Shown one piece after another: positions 28,171 to 37,275 of a stretch of DNA of 37,275 nucleotides. The number at the start of each line of letters is the position of its first letter. The stretch's first letter is position 1. Source of the stretch: Bdellovibrionota bacterium (GTDB lineage Bacteria; Bdellovibrionota_C; UBA2361); contig JBILDU010000017.1 in NCBI GenBank assembly GCA_044352465.1, positions 1-37,275 on the forward strand, in the 5' to 3' direction. A program made the position numbers and the translations under genes. Below the pieces are notes generated by a model. The model saw only the letters and a program-made list of their open reading frames with translations, had not been told where the DNA came from and searched no databases.

Positions 28171-29595
28171 ATGCCGCTGTCCCTCACCAAAGAAAAGCTC
28201 GCCGAGGTCGTTAGCGGAGCGCTCCTCTCGACAGCTGAGAAGATGTCTTTTCATGGGGTCGTCTACGACTCTCGGGAGGTGGCTGGGGGGGAGCTTTTTG
28301 TGGCGCTTCCCGGTGCTCAAGCGCATGGACATACGTTCCTCGACCAGGCTTTTGGTCGGGGAGCTTCTTTGGCGCTCGTCGAAGACCGTCAGCTACTCGC
28401 CGACTCTCCGCACAAAGAACGGCTCGTCTGCGTGCCCGATTCGTTGAAAGCTTTTTGGGCGCTCGCCAAGTGGTGGCGCGAAGAGCTGGCTATCCCGGTC
28501 CTCGGAGTAACCGGTTCAGTTGGAAAGACTACCGTCAAAGAGATCGCGGCCGCGATTCTACTCCGGTACAAGCGGGGGATCTACTCGCTCAAGTCACATA
28601 ATAACCATGTGGGGGTTCCCTACACGATCTGTCGAGCCGATCGGACCCACGAGTGGGCGGTGCTTGAGATGGGGATGAACCATGCGGGGGAGCTCCGCGC
28701 TCTGACGGCCATAGCCCAGCCGAACGTGGCTCTCATCAACATCATCGCTCCGGCCCATATCGAGCATTTTGGGTCGCTTGAGGGGATCGCTCGAGCGAAG
28801 TTGGAGATAGCCGAGGGGTTACGGCCGGGGGGGGCGCTGGTGCTTAACGGGGACGATGAGGTGCTCCTTCCTGTTGCCGGTGAGCTGGGGAGACGGGGTG
28901 GGTCGACCTACTACTTCGGCTCGAAAGGCTCCCCCGATATGCTGGTTTCTGGAGTCACCTCGAAGGGGCTCGAGGGGCTGGTCTTTTCCCTATCCGGGAG
29001 TGAGCGGGTCGGGGGAGGGGCGACGGAGGCCTCAATGTCGATCTTAGGGCGCCATAATGCCCTCAACGGAGCGGCCGCGGCGCTCGGTGTTAAGCTTCTC
29101 TTCCCGGAGTTGACCCTTGGTGATATCGCTAAGGGGCTCGCCCAGTTCCAAGCGCCCCTTATGCGGCTCTCCATCAAGCTTTTAACCCACGAGCGGAAAG
29201 TTATCGACGACTCCTATAACGCGAATCCCCAGTCGATGCGGGCAGCGCTCGATATCGGTCGGGACCTCGTTGATTCGGGGCTTCGGGTGGGGCTGGTTTT
29301 GGGAGATATGTTGGAGTTGGGGGAGCGTTCCTCCGAGTACCACGCCGAGATAGGTGTCTACGCCGCCCGGATTAACCCAGTATTCTGTGTCACGGTTGGA
29401 CCGTTGTCCCGGGCGCTCTTCGAGGCTGTGCACGGGGCCGGGATCCCCGCTTTTCAGGCTGAGTCGCCTGAGGCTGCAGCCCATATTGCGAGAAAGTTTG
29501 CATTTGATATTTTGATCGTGAAGGCATCCCGCGGAACCGGTCTCGATCGCACGGTCAAGACTCTTGTCGAGCGCGATGGTGTCCTCGGAGAGTAG
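28171..29595 (+). CDS. murF: UDP-MurNAc-tripeptide--D-Ala-D-Ala ligase
   Basis: VTGSVGKTTVKE, NNHVGVP, LEMGMNHAGE, IDDSYNANP, LGDMLELG, VKASRG. Confidence 0.96.
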   Translation: MPLSLTKEKLAEVVSGALLSTAEKMSFHGVVYDSREVAGGELFVALPGAQAHGHTFLDQAFGRGASLALVEDRQLLADSPHKERLVCVPDSLKAFWALAKWWREELAIPVLGVTGSVGKTTVKEIAAAILLRYKRGIYSLKSHNNHVGVPYTICRADRTHEWAVLEMGMNHAGELRALTAIAQPNVALINIIAPAHIEHFGSLEGIARAKLEIAEGLRPGGALVLNGDDEVLLPVAGELGRRGGSTYYFGSKGSPDMLVSGVTSKGLEGLVFSLSGSERVGGGATEASMSILGRHNALNGAAAALGVKLLFPELTLGDIAKGLAQFQAPLMRLSIKLLTHERKVIDDSYNANPQSMRAALDIGRDLVDSGLRVGLVLGDMLELGERSSEYHAEIGVYAARINPVFCVTVGPLSRALFEAVHGAGIPAFQAESPEAAAHIARKFAFDILIVKASRGTGLDRTVKTLVERDGVLGE

Positions 29596-29665
29596 GAGTT
29601 TACGCCCTCCGCAGAGATGCTCGTGATAGCCGTCTAGCGCTCCCCGCGTTTTTCCAGGTGCGTTT

Positions 29666-30742
29666 GTGCTTTATCATCTTTTGTTCCCTCTTCACGAGCA
29701 CTACGGGTGGCTCAACGTGTTTCGTTACCAGACCTTTCGGGGAATGCTCGCGTTCCTGATCGCATTTGTTTTTGTCCTCGTTTTTCAGCCTATCTTTATC
29801 CGCTGGCTGCAAAATCGCGGGGTAAAAGGACAGCCGATCCGGGATGATGGTCCTAAAGATCATGAGGTTAAAAAGGGAACTCCCACGATGGGGGGGCTGG
29901 TCGTCATCGCCGGGATCGTGTGCGCTTCGGTGCTGTTGGTTGATCTGACAAATCCCTTTGTGTGGCTCACCCTCGGAATTCTCATCGCCTATGCGGTCGT
30001 TGGATTCGTCGATGATTGGCGCAAGATTACCCAGCAAAATACCAAGGGCCTCTCCAAACGGGAGAAGTTTTTCGCTCAGGTAGGGATCGCTGCCGTGGCG
30101 GGGGCGATCCTTACCTTTATGGGGTTTTCGACGGCCCTTACCGTACCGTTCTTGAAAGATCTCGGATTTAACCTCGGCATATTTTTCATCCCTTTCGTCG
30201 TCCTTGTCGTCGTGGGGAGCTCGAATGCAGTGAACCTGACCGACGGTCTCGATGGGCTCGCTATCGGGCCGGTCATGACAGTCTCGATTACCTACGCGAT
30301 CTTTGCCTATCTCACCGGACATGCCGGGCTCGCTGACTATCTGGGGCTTATCCACATCGCCGGGATGGGGGAGGTGGCTATTATCCTCGCCGCCATCTTT
30401 GCCGCTGGACTGGGATTTCTTTGGTACAACACCTTTCCCGCCCAAGTTTTTATGGGAGATATCGGGGCGTTGGCGTTGGGCGGCGTCTTAGGATTTATCG
30501 CGATACTCACCAAGCATGAGCTCATCCTCGTTGTGGCTGGGGGGATATTTGTCCTCGAGGCTGTTTCGGTTATTCTCCAGGTGTATTCGTTTCGGATGAC
30601 CGGTCGGCGGATATTTAAGATGGCTCCGATTCACCACCACTTTGAATTAAAGGGGTGGGCTGAGCCAAAAATCATCGTTCGATTTTGGATCATCTCGATC
30701 GTGCTCGCGCTTCTGTCGCTCACGACTCTGAAGCTGCGTTAA
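29666..30742 (+). CDS. mraY: Phospho-MurNAc-pentapeptide transferase
   Basis: KKGTPTMGG, GFVDD, NAVNLTDGLDGLA, FMGDIG, MAPIHHHFE. Confidence 0.97.
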   Translation: MLYHLLFPLHEHYGWLNVFRYQTFRGMLAFLIAFVFVLVFQPIFIRWLQNRGVKGQPIRDDGPKDHEVKKGTPTMGGLVVIAGIVCASVLLVDLTNPFVWLTLGILIAYAVVGFVDDWRKITQQNTKGLSKREKFFAQVGIAAVAGAILTFMGFSTALTVPFLKDLGFNLGIFFIPFVVLVVVGSSNAVNLTDGLDGLAIGPVMTVSITYAIFAYLTGHAGLADYLGLIHIAGMGEVAIILAAIFAAGLGFLWYNTFPAQVFMGDIGALALGGVLGFIAILTKHELILVVAGGIFVLEAVSVILQVYSFRMTGRRIFKMAPIHHHFELKGWAEPKIIVRFWIISIVLALLSLTTLKLR

Positions 30743-30761
30743 CCGTGAGGGGATTTTCGCC

Positions 30762-32270
30762 GTGAGTAGTGCCATCGATATGCGGTCGAGGTTGACCGCG
30801 CTCGTTTCTAAAAAGCAAAAAGTCGTTGTTGTAGGCCTCGGCATCACGGGGGTCGACACGGCGAGTTTTCTCTTGTCGTTGGGTGTAACGGTGGTCTGTG
30901 TCGAGCGCACCACCGAGGCGGTGTACAAATCGAAATCGAAATACTTCGATCGGGTTGAGGATCTGCGCCGTCGGGGTGCGCGGGTCGTTTTTGGATGCGA
31001 CGGCGAGGATGCGGCACCCCATCTCGTTGAGGTTGAGCTCGCTGTCCTCAGTCCTGGTGTGTCGCTCGAGTCCGCGATCGCGGGGGCACTCAAGGCGAGG
31101 GGGATCGCGATGGTGAGTGAGTTCGAGCTCGGCATCGAGTTGTCGCGTCAACCCGCGATTGTTGTTACCGGCAGTAACGGAAAAAGCACGACGGTAAGCC
31201 TTATCGAGGCGATGTTTAAAGCGGCCGGTTTGGCTGCGCGCCTTTGTGGCAATATCGGTACCCCCGTTATCGCCGGGGTCTCGAAGGAGGTAGTGCTCCG
31301 TGATATCTCCCCCCCGAAAGAGGTTCTCATCGTTGAGGCGTCGAGTTATCAGCTCGAGGCATGCTCCGTCATAAAGCCGAAGGTGGCGGTTCTGCTGAAC
31401 CTCTCGGATAACCATCTGGAGCGGCACGGCACCTTGGAGCGTTATCTCGGTGCAAAAGCACGGGTCTTCGCCCAACAGGATAGCACTGACTATGCGGTGC
31501 TCAATGCTGACGATCCCCACGCGCGTTCTCTCATCGCGAAGATGAAGGGGCGCGTGGTTCTTTTTGGTGCCGATGAAGCGCGATTGAAAGGGCATGATCA
31601 CGCTCGAATCGCTTTTGATCCAGCGAAGAGCTCCGATACTTTAAAGGTTGCGCTGCTGGGGGTGGTCTATGAATTCGACCTCTCTCAAACCGGGCTCCTC
31701 GGGCTGCATAATCGCTACGACATCGCTGCGGCGACGCTCGGAGCGCTCCTCCTGGGAGTCCCGGTAGAGGGGATTCAAAGGGCTATTCACGAATTCACCC
31801 CCTTGGAGCATCGCCTTGAAAGGGTTGAGGGTGTTTCTCGTGCGATCGTTGTGAACGACTCGAAGTCGACGACCGTTGCCGCGGCGGTGGCGGCGATCGA
31901 ATCGATGCGCGAAGTCTATCCCGAGCGAAAGCTCACGGTGATGCTTGGGGGGCTCGCCAAGGCGGGCTCATGGGAGCCTGTCATCACGACGTTGAGGCGT
32001 CATGAAGCGTTTTTAAAGCCCGTTATCTGCTTTGGGCAGGATGCGAACATAATTTCAAGCCACTGTCGGGCTGGTGCGATCCCGTGCCACAGCGCGAAGA
32101 CTCTCGCGGCGGGGGTTGCCCTGGCGCTTGAACAGTCCACACCTGACGACGTGGTGCTTTTGACCCCCGGGTGCGCAAGTTTCGATGAGTTCAGGGACTT
32201 TGAGGAGCGCGGGGAGCGATTTAAAGCGGTTGTCCAAACGTTCGCGTCGGACCGCTCCAGGGCTATTTGA
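30762..32270 (+). CDS. murD: UDP-MurNAc-L-Ala--D-Glu ligase
   Basis: GLGITG, SPGV, VTGSNGKSTT, GNIG, EASSYQL, HLERH, NDSK, PGCASFDEF. Confidence 0.95.
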   Translation: MSSAIDMRSRLTALVSKKQKVVVVGLGITGVDTASFLLSLGVTVVCVERTTEAVYKSKSKYFDRVEDLRRRGARVVFGCDGEDAAPHLVEVELAVLSPGVSLESAIAGALKARGIAMVSEFELGIELSRQPAIVVTGSNGKSTTVSLIEAMFKAAGLAARLCGNIGTPVIAGVSKEVVLRDISPPKEVLIVEASSYQLEACSVIKPKVAVLLNLSDNHLERHGTLERYLGAKARVFAQQDSTDYAVLNADDPHARSLIAKMKGRVVLFGADEARLKGHDHARIAFDPAKSSDTLKVALLGVVYEFDLSQTGLLGLHNRYDIAAATLGALLLGVPVEGIQRAIHEFTPLEHRLERVEGVSRAIVVNDSKSTTVAAAVAAIESMREVYPERKLTVMLGGLAKAGSWEPVITTLRRHEAFLKPVICFGQDANIISSHCRAGAIPCHSAKTLAAGVALALEQSTPDDVVLLTPGCASFDEFRDFEERGERFKAVVQTFASDRSRAI

Positions 32271-32327
32271 TTAGCCTGCCGGGGAGTCCTACACTACGAG
32301 CAGTCGTGTGGTGGGGAGAGCCTGTTG

Positions 32328-32765
32328 ATGGATCCTGAATTTAATCCGGGGAGAGGGCCGAAGCCTGAAGACCTTCAAAGGCTTTTGGCTGAGGATTTTG
32401 GGCTTGAAGGGCGCCGTTTTCTCGAGCAAAACGAGAGCCCCGAGACCGTCCGAGCGCTGAGCCAGCTCCTGACTGAGGAGCTCCACGCCCGTTTCGTATC
32501 GACTGACAGGGTAAAGGGACTCCATCCGGCGATCTCTGAGGAGGTGGCGCAGGCTGAAGCCTATAGCCTGAGCAGGCAGCTCCTGTGGCAGAAGGTCGGC
32601 GGGATGCTGGACCAGAGTCGGCCGATTTCGCTGTCCGATATGGACCAGGTCTTTCGGGGGACCGCGATGGCTACCCGGGAGGCGTTGGTGACGATTTGTC
32701 TAGGGCTTGACCTCGGGGTGAGCACAGTTCTTGAAGAGGCCCGTGTTCGCGGGTGGCGGGGGTAG
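32328..32765 (+). CDS. Hypothetical protein with a possible C-terminal Xre/Cro-type HTH
   Basis: 145-aa ORF with a GGGGAG RBS filling the murD-ftsW gap. The C-terminus LSRQLLWQKVG...ISLSDMDQVFRG...TREALVTICLGLDLGVSTVL follows the HTH_XRE hydrophobic pattern by eye. Confidence 0.6.
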   Translation: MDPEFNPGRGPKPEDLQRLLAEDFGLEGRRFLEQNESPETVRALSQLLTEELHARFVSTDRVKGLHPAISEEVAQAEAYSLSRQLLWQKVGGMLDQSRPISLSDMDQVFRGTAMATREALVTICLGLDLGVSTVLEEARVRGWRG

Positions 32766-32893
32766 ATCCCTTGGGGCACTCGGCGCTCCTCCCAAGGTCG
32801 AAACCGCCACCGCATGTGGCTAAAACCTCCCTGCCGTGTTCGTCATTTTCATGATTTAATCTCACGGTAACGTGCTTTCGCCTGAGGTGCGCC

Positions 32894-34048
32894 TTGAGTT
32901 TTACCGCTACCCTTCGAGTGCCTGAATCCCGCCGGGAGCTCAGAGCTCCGTTCATCGTTGATATGCCCATGGTCTTAACCACGGTGGGGCTCGTGCTCTT
33001 CAGCGTCATCATGGTCTACTCGACCACCGGGGTGCTCGCCCAGGAGAAGTTTGGCGACTCGCTGTTCTTTTTTAAGCGTCAAGCGGTGGCCGCGGGTATC
33101 GGGTTCGTTCTGATGCTCCTCTGTTCCCGGCTCGACATATCGATTCTGAAAAGGTTGTCACCGTACCTCTTCTTTGTTTGCGTTGGGCTTCTCATCCTCA
33201 CCATGATCCCGGGAATCGGTGACCGTGCCGGGGGCGCGCAGCGATGGGTGCAACTACCGTTCATGCGTTTTCAGCCGGTTGAGTTTATCAAGATAATGTT
33301 CGTTATCTTCATCGCTGGTTACTACTCGCGCCACGAAGGGGAGGTGGGCAATTTTCTCCAGGGCATCGTAAAACCTTTTTTCCTTTTCGGGTTTCTGGCG
33401 GTTCCGCTACTCCTCCAGCCTGACTTTGGCAGCACCGCGGTGATCGCGCTCGTTACCTTTGGAATGGCGGTGGCGCTGGGAGTGAAGCTGCGCTGGATTC
33501 TTATCGGTCTCGTGGGTGCGGCGATAATAGCGGGGGCACTCGTCTATTTGTCGCCGTATCGAATGATGCGAATCCTTAGTTTCCTCTCCCCAATGGCAGA
33601 TGCTTCAGGAAAAGGTTATCAACTCATCCAGTCCCTTATCGCGGTCGGTAGCGGTGAGATTACTGGTGTTGGGCTCGGCGGAAGTCAGCAGAAGCTCTTT
33701 TTCCTGCCCGCGGCGCATACTGATTTTATCTTCGCAGTGATCGCTGAGGAACTCGGATTTGTTGGTTGTCTCGCGGTTATCGCGGCCTTTCTGGTCTTCC
33801 TGTGGCGCGGTCTTGTGCTGGCAGGTAAACTCGCTGACGATACGTTCGAGTGCGCCCTGGCGGTAGGGCTTACCCTTCTTGTGGTAGTGCCGGCGTTCCT
33901 AAATATGGGGGTGGTGCTCGGTATCCTCCCCACGAAGGGAATGGTGCTGCCGCTCGTAGGGTATGGTGGGTCGAGTCTTATCGCCTCGCTCGTCGGTGTA
34001 GGGCTGCTCCTCGCATTGGCTCGTTCATTTCAAAGAAATGTCCGTTAA
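32894..34048 (+). CDS. ftsW: SEDS peptidoglycan polymerase FtsW
   Basis: GAQRW, FQPVEFIK, QPDFG, GYQLIQSLIA, QKLFFLPAAHTDFIFAVIAEE, PTKG, YGGSS; GAGG before the TTG start. Confidence 0.96.
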   Translation: MSFTATLRVPESRRELRAPFIVDMPMVLTTVGLVLFSVIMVYSTTGVLAQEKFGDSLFFFKRQAVAAGIGFVLMLLCSRLDISILKRLSPYLFFVCVGLLILTMIPGIGDRAGGAQRWVQLPFMRFQPVEFIKIMFVIFIAGYYSRHEGEVGNFLQGIVKPFFLFGFLAVPLLLQPDFGSTAVIALVTFGMAVALGVKLRWILIGLVGAAIIAGALVYLSPYRMMRILSFLSPMADASGKGYQLIQSLIAVGSGEITGVGLGGSQQKLFFLPAAHTDFIFAVIAEELGFVGCLAVIAAFLVFLWRGLVLAGKLADDTFECALAVGLTLLVVVPAFLNMGVVLGILPTKGMVLPLVGYGGSSLIASLVGVGLLLALARSFQRNVR

Positions 34049-35159
34049 CGAAACCTCAAAAGGCGGGGCTACAAAGTCACCCCGAATCCTTATCGCTGCG
34101 AGCGGTAGTGGTGGACACCTTTTTCCGGCGCTTCATATCGCTCGGGCGATCAAATCGGCGGCGCCCGACGCGCGGATCGAATTCGTTGGTTCGGGGCGGC
34201 CCCTGGAGGAAAAACTCATCGTTCAAAATGGATTCGTACGTCACGTCGTAAAGATTTCCGGAATTAAACAGCGGGGATTCCGCGGTTTAATCGATTTCTT
34301 CGCGGCGGTACCCCGGGCGTTTTCGCAACTGCGGGATATCTGTGCGGAGCTCAGTCCGACAGTCGTCGTGGGTGTCGGCGGCTATGTCAGTGTGCTCCCC
34401 GTGGTCTTTGCCAAGATTCGAGGGATACCAACCTGGATTCATGAGGCCGAATTGAAGCCGGGACTGGCGAATGCCTTTCTCGGTCTTTTCTCCGACCGGA
34501 TCTCGGTGGCGTTTCAAGAAGCGAAGATCCTTCGTCGGCGTGCCGTTGTGTATACCGGGCACCCCATTCGTGGGGGGCTTGGGGAGGTTCGTCGCGAGGC
34601 TCCCCGTGATCGGTTGACACGGCTCCTTATCCTCGGGGGGTCCCAAGGAGCCCAGGGAATCGATAACGCGGTGGGCGCCCTTGCCCCGTTCCTACGCGAT
34701 CGGGCGATCGAAGTTTGGCATCAATGTCGGCCCGAAAACGTAGCGCCCGTAGTAGCCGCATATCGTTCCCACGGCGTTGCCGCCCGGGTCGACAGCTTTA
34801 TCGATGACATGAGTGGGGCACTGCAGTGGTGCGACGTTATCATTAGTCGCTCTGGGGCGAGCGCGGTTATGGAGCTCAGCGTCGTGAATATTCCCACCAT
34901 CTTCGTCCCGTATCCTTTTGCCCAAGGTAACCACCAACTTGCGAATGCGCAGGTGCTCGCTGCCGCTGGAAAAGCTCTAGTCGTCGAGGAGGGGGAGGGG
35001 TTTCCGACTCGCCTCGAGGCCGCGTTGCGCCACCTTCTTGCCCCCGAAAACTATCGCCGGATGCTCGACACCCCCTATGAAGCCCGCTCGCTCGAAGCCG
35101 CCGATCGAATCGCTTCCGGCATCCTCGCTATCTCCAATCCCCCACCTCCAGGTCTCTGA
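34038..35159 (+). CDS. murG: Lipid I GlcNAc transferase MurG
   Basis: SGSGGHLFPAL, GVGGYVS, IHE..KPGLAN, GHPIR, LGGSQGA, SRSGAS, HQLANA. Confidence 0.95.
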   Translation: MSVNETSKGGATKSPRILIAASGSGGHLFPALHIARAIKSAAPDARIEFVGSGRPLEEKLIVQNGFVRHVVKISGIKQRGFRGLIDFFAAVPRAFSQLRDICAELSPTVVVGVGGYVSVLPVVFAKIRGIPTWIHEAELKPGLANAFLGLFSDRISVAFQEAKILRRRAVVYTGHPIRGGLGEVRREAPRDRLTRLLILGGSQGAQGIDNAVGALAPFLRDRAIEVWHQCRPENVAPVVAAYRSHGVAARVDSFIDDMSGALQWCDVIISRSGASAVMELSVVNIPTIFVPYPFAQGNHQLANAQVLAAAGKALVVEEGEGFPTRLEAALRHLLAPENYRRMLDTPYEARSLEAADRIASGILAISNPPPPGL

Positions 35160-35170
35160 GACTTGGAGGT
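35144..35170 (+). terminator. Stem-loop overlapping the murG stop codon
   Basis: ACCTCCAGGTCT-CTG-AGACTTGGAGGT: a 12-bp stem with one G.U pair and no U-tract. Confidence 0.4.
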
Positions 35171-35506
35171 CCGGCGGGGCTGATGGCGCGGTGTATCAAT
35201 CCGAAAATATTGATAAAAACTTAGTGGGCGTGTTTTTCTCCGCGCAAGATTCGCTAGAAAAGTCCGGTGGGCCGATCAGAACGCTCGTTTTGTAGGGTAA
35301 AAAGTAGTTTAGCTGTGGTGGGGTGGGTAAAATTGAGGCTGGTCGGCGTAATTCAGATGTGAGCGCACCAGGTTTTCTAGTCTGTTTTAGTCCCTCGTTC
35401 TCGTTCGGTTTTTACCGCACATCCCCTTTATTTCTGACCATAACGCCAGGTGGGGTGGAGGAATCAAAAAACCTCAGCCCGTGTAGGAATTTTTGGTTGG
35501 TTTTCT

Positions 35507-37275
35507 ATGTCCTCATCGCGTCTTGATACGCCAGTCGTGGCCACGCCTACCGGCGGTGAGCCGGCGACCGCGCCCGTGCAAAGCCAATCAACCGACCTCT
35601 CCACCCTTGGTATCAGCCGAGATTCGCTCAGCGCCGAGACAAAAACAGCTACTCCGAAAAATGCAGACTTCGATCCCTCCCTCAAGGTGACCGGCACCGA
35701 TCTCGATGTCGAGCGTGCTGAGAACGCCAAGGCCGTCCTCGGACTCGATCTCGATAAAGTTGCGTCTGATTACAAAGCTGCGAACGAGGCGCTTGCGGCT
35801 CGTCACGAGGAGCTCCAGAACGCTGGTTTCGAGGATGCGGCGGCTCCAGCCGGAATTCCAAATCTGCTCCGCTCGGCGGGGGCCGGGGGCAGCTCGGTTC
35901 GCGCTCTGCAGCAACAAGAGCTCGCTCAAAGCGAAGCGATGCTCCTCGCGGGAAAATCGAAAAAGAAGACCGGAAACCGCGAGGTCGATGATTTTATCGA
36001 ACTCCATCCGGAGCTCCTCCCCCTTGTGGCAAAGATTCAAGAGGAGCTCGCCGCAATCGAGCGGGCGCGCTCTGGTGGGAGTAATGGTCTTGAATCGAAG
36101 TCGAATCTCGAAGCTGCCCTTGATCGAGTTGCCACTCTCCTCGAGGGACAGCCGCTTGCCCCAGAGCTGCGGATGGGGAACCGGACCGCGCGAAATGCTC
36201 TCCTGGCTCTGGTAGGTGAATCGCTTCGGGATTCCTGTGAGGCTGCGCTCGATCGGTTCGCTCAATCCGCAGTAAGATCAGCTGAGGCGCGGCGGCTCGA
36301 CGTTACGGAGCGCCGTTCCGAAAACGTGGCAGAGCGTGCCCGAGAGCTAGAAGAGATCGAAAAACAGGCTCAAAGAATCGGACGTGAAAGGGGAGCTATC
36401 CTCGCGGCTCCTCGCCCGCCCGCGGCCGAGGCTCTTCAGGAGCTCGAGCTGCAGCGGCGGGAGCTCGAGCGAAGAATTCAGGCTCTCTTGGGCGGGGCCG
36501 AACCGGGCCAAGCCCATCTAGCCGCGGTGCTGAAACAGAGCGAGGACGCGGCTCGGGCACAGGTTGTATCAGAACATATCTACGAGCTTGCAAGAGATGT
36601 CCGACTCCTCGAGGGACGACGGGGTCAAAGCGTTGCTCACCGCGCCGCGCTCGAGCGACTCGCCGAATATCGGGAGAGCCAAGGTGATCTGATCCAGCGA
36701 AATGCCGCGGTGCGTGACGCATTGACCCGACATGAGGAGAGAGCCGTCCTGGATGCGGTACGGCTTTTAAGAAACGCGGACGCTGCAGCGCTGAATCTCT
36801 ATACCGCTGCGTGGGGATGGGGCACCGATGAGAAGTTGCTTCTCGCGACACTCAAGGGCCGGAGCGAATTCGAGCTCAAACTCCTGAAAGAAGTCTATCG
36901 TGAGCAGTACCAGCAGTCCATGGACGAGATGCTGGCAGCAGAGATTAATCGAACCGGCACTATCGAGAAGCAGATCTGGGCTGCAGCAAACGGAGACCCG
37001 AATCACCGTGGCGGCGAAGTTGTTGCGTTGTCAGCTACCGAGCTTTCCGCCGCGGCGCCTGAACGCTCGTCCGAGACGATCCGCGCAGCTTTGGTGTCAT
37101 CTGACCAAGCCCAGCTTCTCGCAGTCGAGCTGCACGAGCGGATCGCTGTATCCGCCGATCCAGCCCTTGAGCTCGCACAGATACGGGAGCGCGCCGGAAC
37201 TGCGGGGCTGTCTTTACAGGAGATCGAACAGGCCGGTGTTGCCCTCGGTTTCCAAGAGGTACTTCCGGCGATCGA
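35507..37275 (+). CDS. Large helical protein containing an annexin repeat (3' end beyond the window)
   Basis: Manual translation from ATG 35507 is open to the window end, about 589 codons. It has an S/T/P-rich N-terminus, a coiled-coil-like middle, and DAAALNLYTAAWGWGTDEKLLLATLKGRSEFELKLLKEVYREQYQQSMDEMLAAEI at 36779-36946. Not in the ORF track. Confidence 0.88.
   Translation, partial: MSSSRLDTPVVATPTGGEPATAPVQSQSTDLSTLGISRDSLSAETKTATPKNADFDPSLKVTGTDLDVERAENAKAVLGLDLDKVASDYKAANEALAARHEELQNAGFEDAAAPAGIPNLLRSAGAGGSSVRALQQQELAQSEAMLLAGKSKKKTGNREVDDFIELHPELLPLVAKIQEELAAIERARSGGSNGLESKSNLEAALDRVATLLEGQPLAPELRMGNRTARNALLALVGESLRDSCEAALDRFAQSAVRSAEARRLDVTERRSENVAERARELEEIEKQAQRIGRERGAILAAPRPPAAEALQELELQRRELERRIQALLGGAEPGQAHLAAVLKQSEDAARAQVVSEHIYELARDVRLLEGRRGQSVAHRAALERLAEYRESQGDLIQRNAAVRDALTRHEERAVLDAVRLLRNADAAALNLYTAAWGWGTDEKLLLATLKGRSEFELKLLKEVYREQYQQSMDEMLAAEINRTGTIEKQIWAAANGDPNHRGGEVVALSATELSAAAPERSSETIRAALVSSDQAQLLAVELHERIAVSADPALELAQIRERAGTAGLSLQEIEQAGVALGFQEVLPAI

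Noticed and set aside
26872..31601. Long antisense ORFs over murE, mraY and murD (374, 281 and 293 aa)
   Set aside because: Expected shadow ORFs in GC-rich coding DNA, with no motifs
35464..37006. ORF-track entries in the last 1.8 kb (e.g. 35588..36265 -, 35706..36215 +, 36396..36851 -)
   Set aside because: Alternate-frame or antisense shadows of the continuous ORF starting at 35507
1..37275. tRNA, rRNA, CRISPR arrays, IS elements
   Set aside because: No cloverleaf with T-loop consensus, regularly spaced repeats or transposase motifs seen in any intergenic gap

Overview
GC-rich bacterial chromosomal window, probably from a diderm (it has an outer-membrane barrel gene and a meso-DAP-type MurE). 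Left to right: (1) a VirD4/TraG-type coupling ATPase running off the left edge, missing from the ORF track; (2) a PAS-PAS-DHp-REC hybrid kinase whose ATP-binding domain looks degenerate; (3) a DUF1972/GT4 glycosyltransferase, two orphan proteins and a HAD hydrolase; (4) a metal-uptake operon (outer-membrane barrel, ZnuA-like binding protein, ZnuB-like permease, no ATPase) headed by a small His/Cys-rich DUF2946/CruR-like ORF with an RDPP(P) arrest-like motif, behind a clean sigma70 promoter with a palindrome in its spacer; (5) a surface-glycan cluster (GT2, two GT4, WcaJ-type priming transferase, ugd, UDP-GlcA decarboxylase, epimerase); (6) a shikimate operon aroF-aroB-[aroA::aroK fusion]-aroE-aroD; (7) a truncated dcw cluster murE-murF-mraY-murD-(Xre-like orphan)-ftsW-murG; (8) a long ORF running off the right edge, also missing from the ORF track, with a eukaryote-like annexin repeat and an intact GxGT-(38)-E Ca2+ site. 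I recognised no tRNA, rRNA, CRISPR array or transposase. All family calls are by-eye motif recognition, not database searches.
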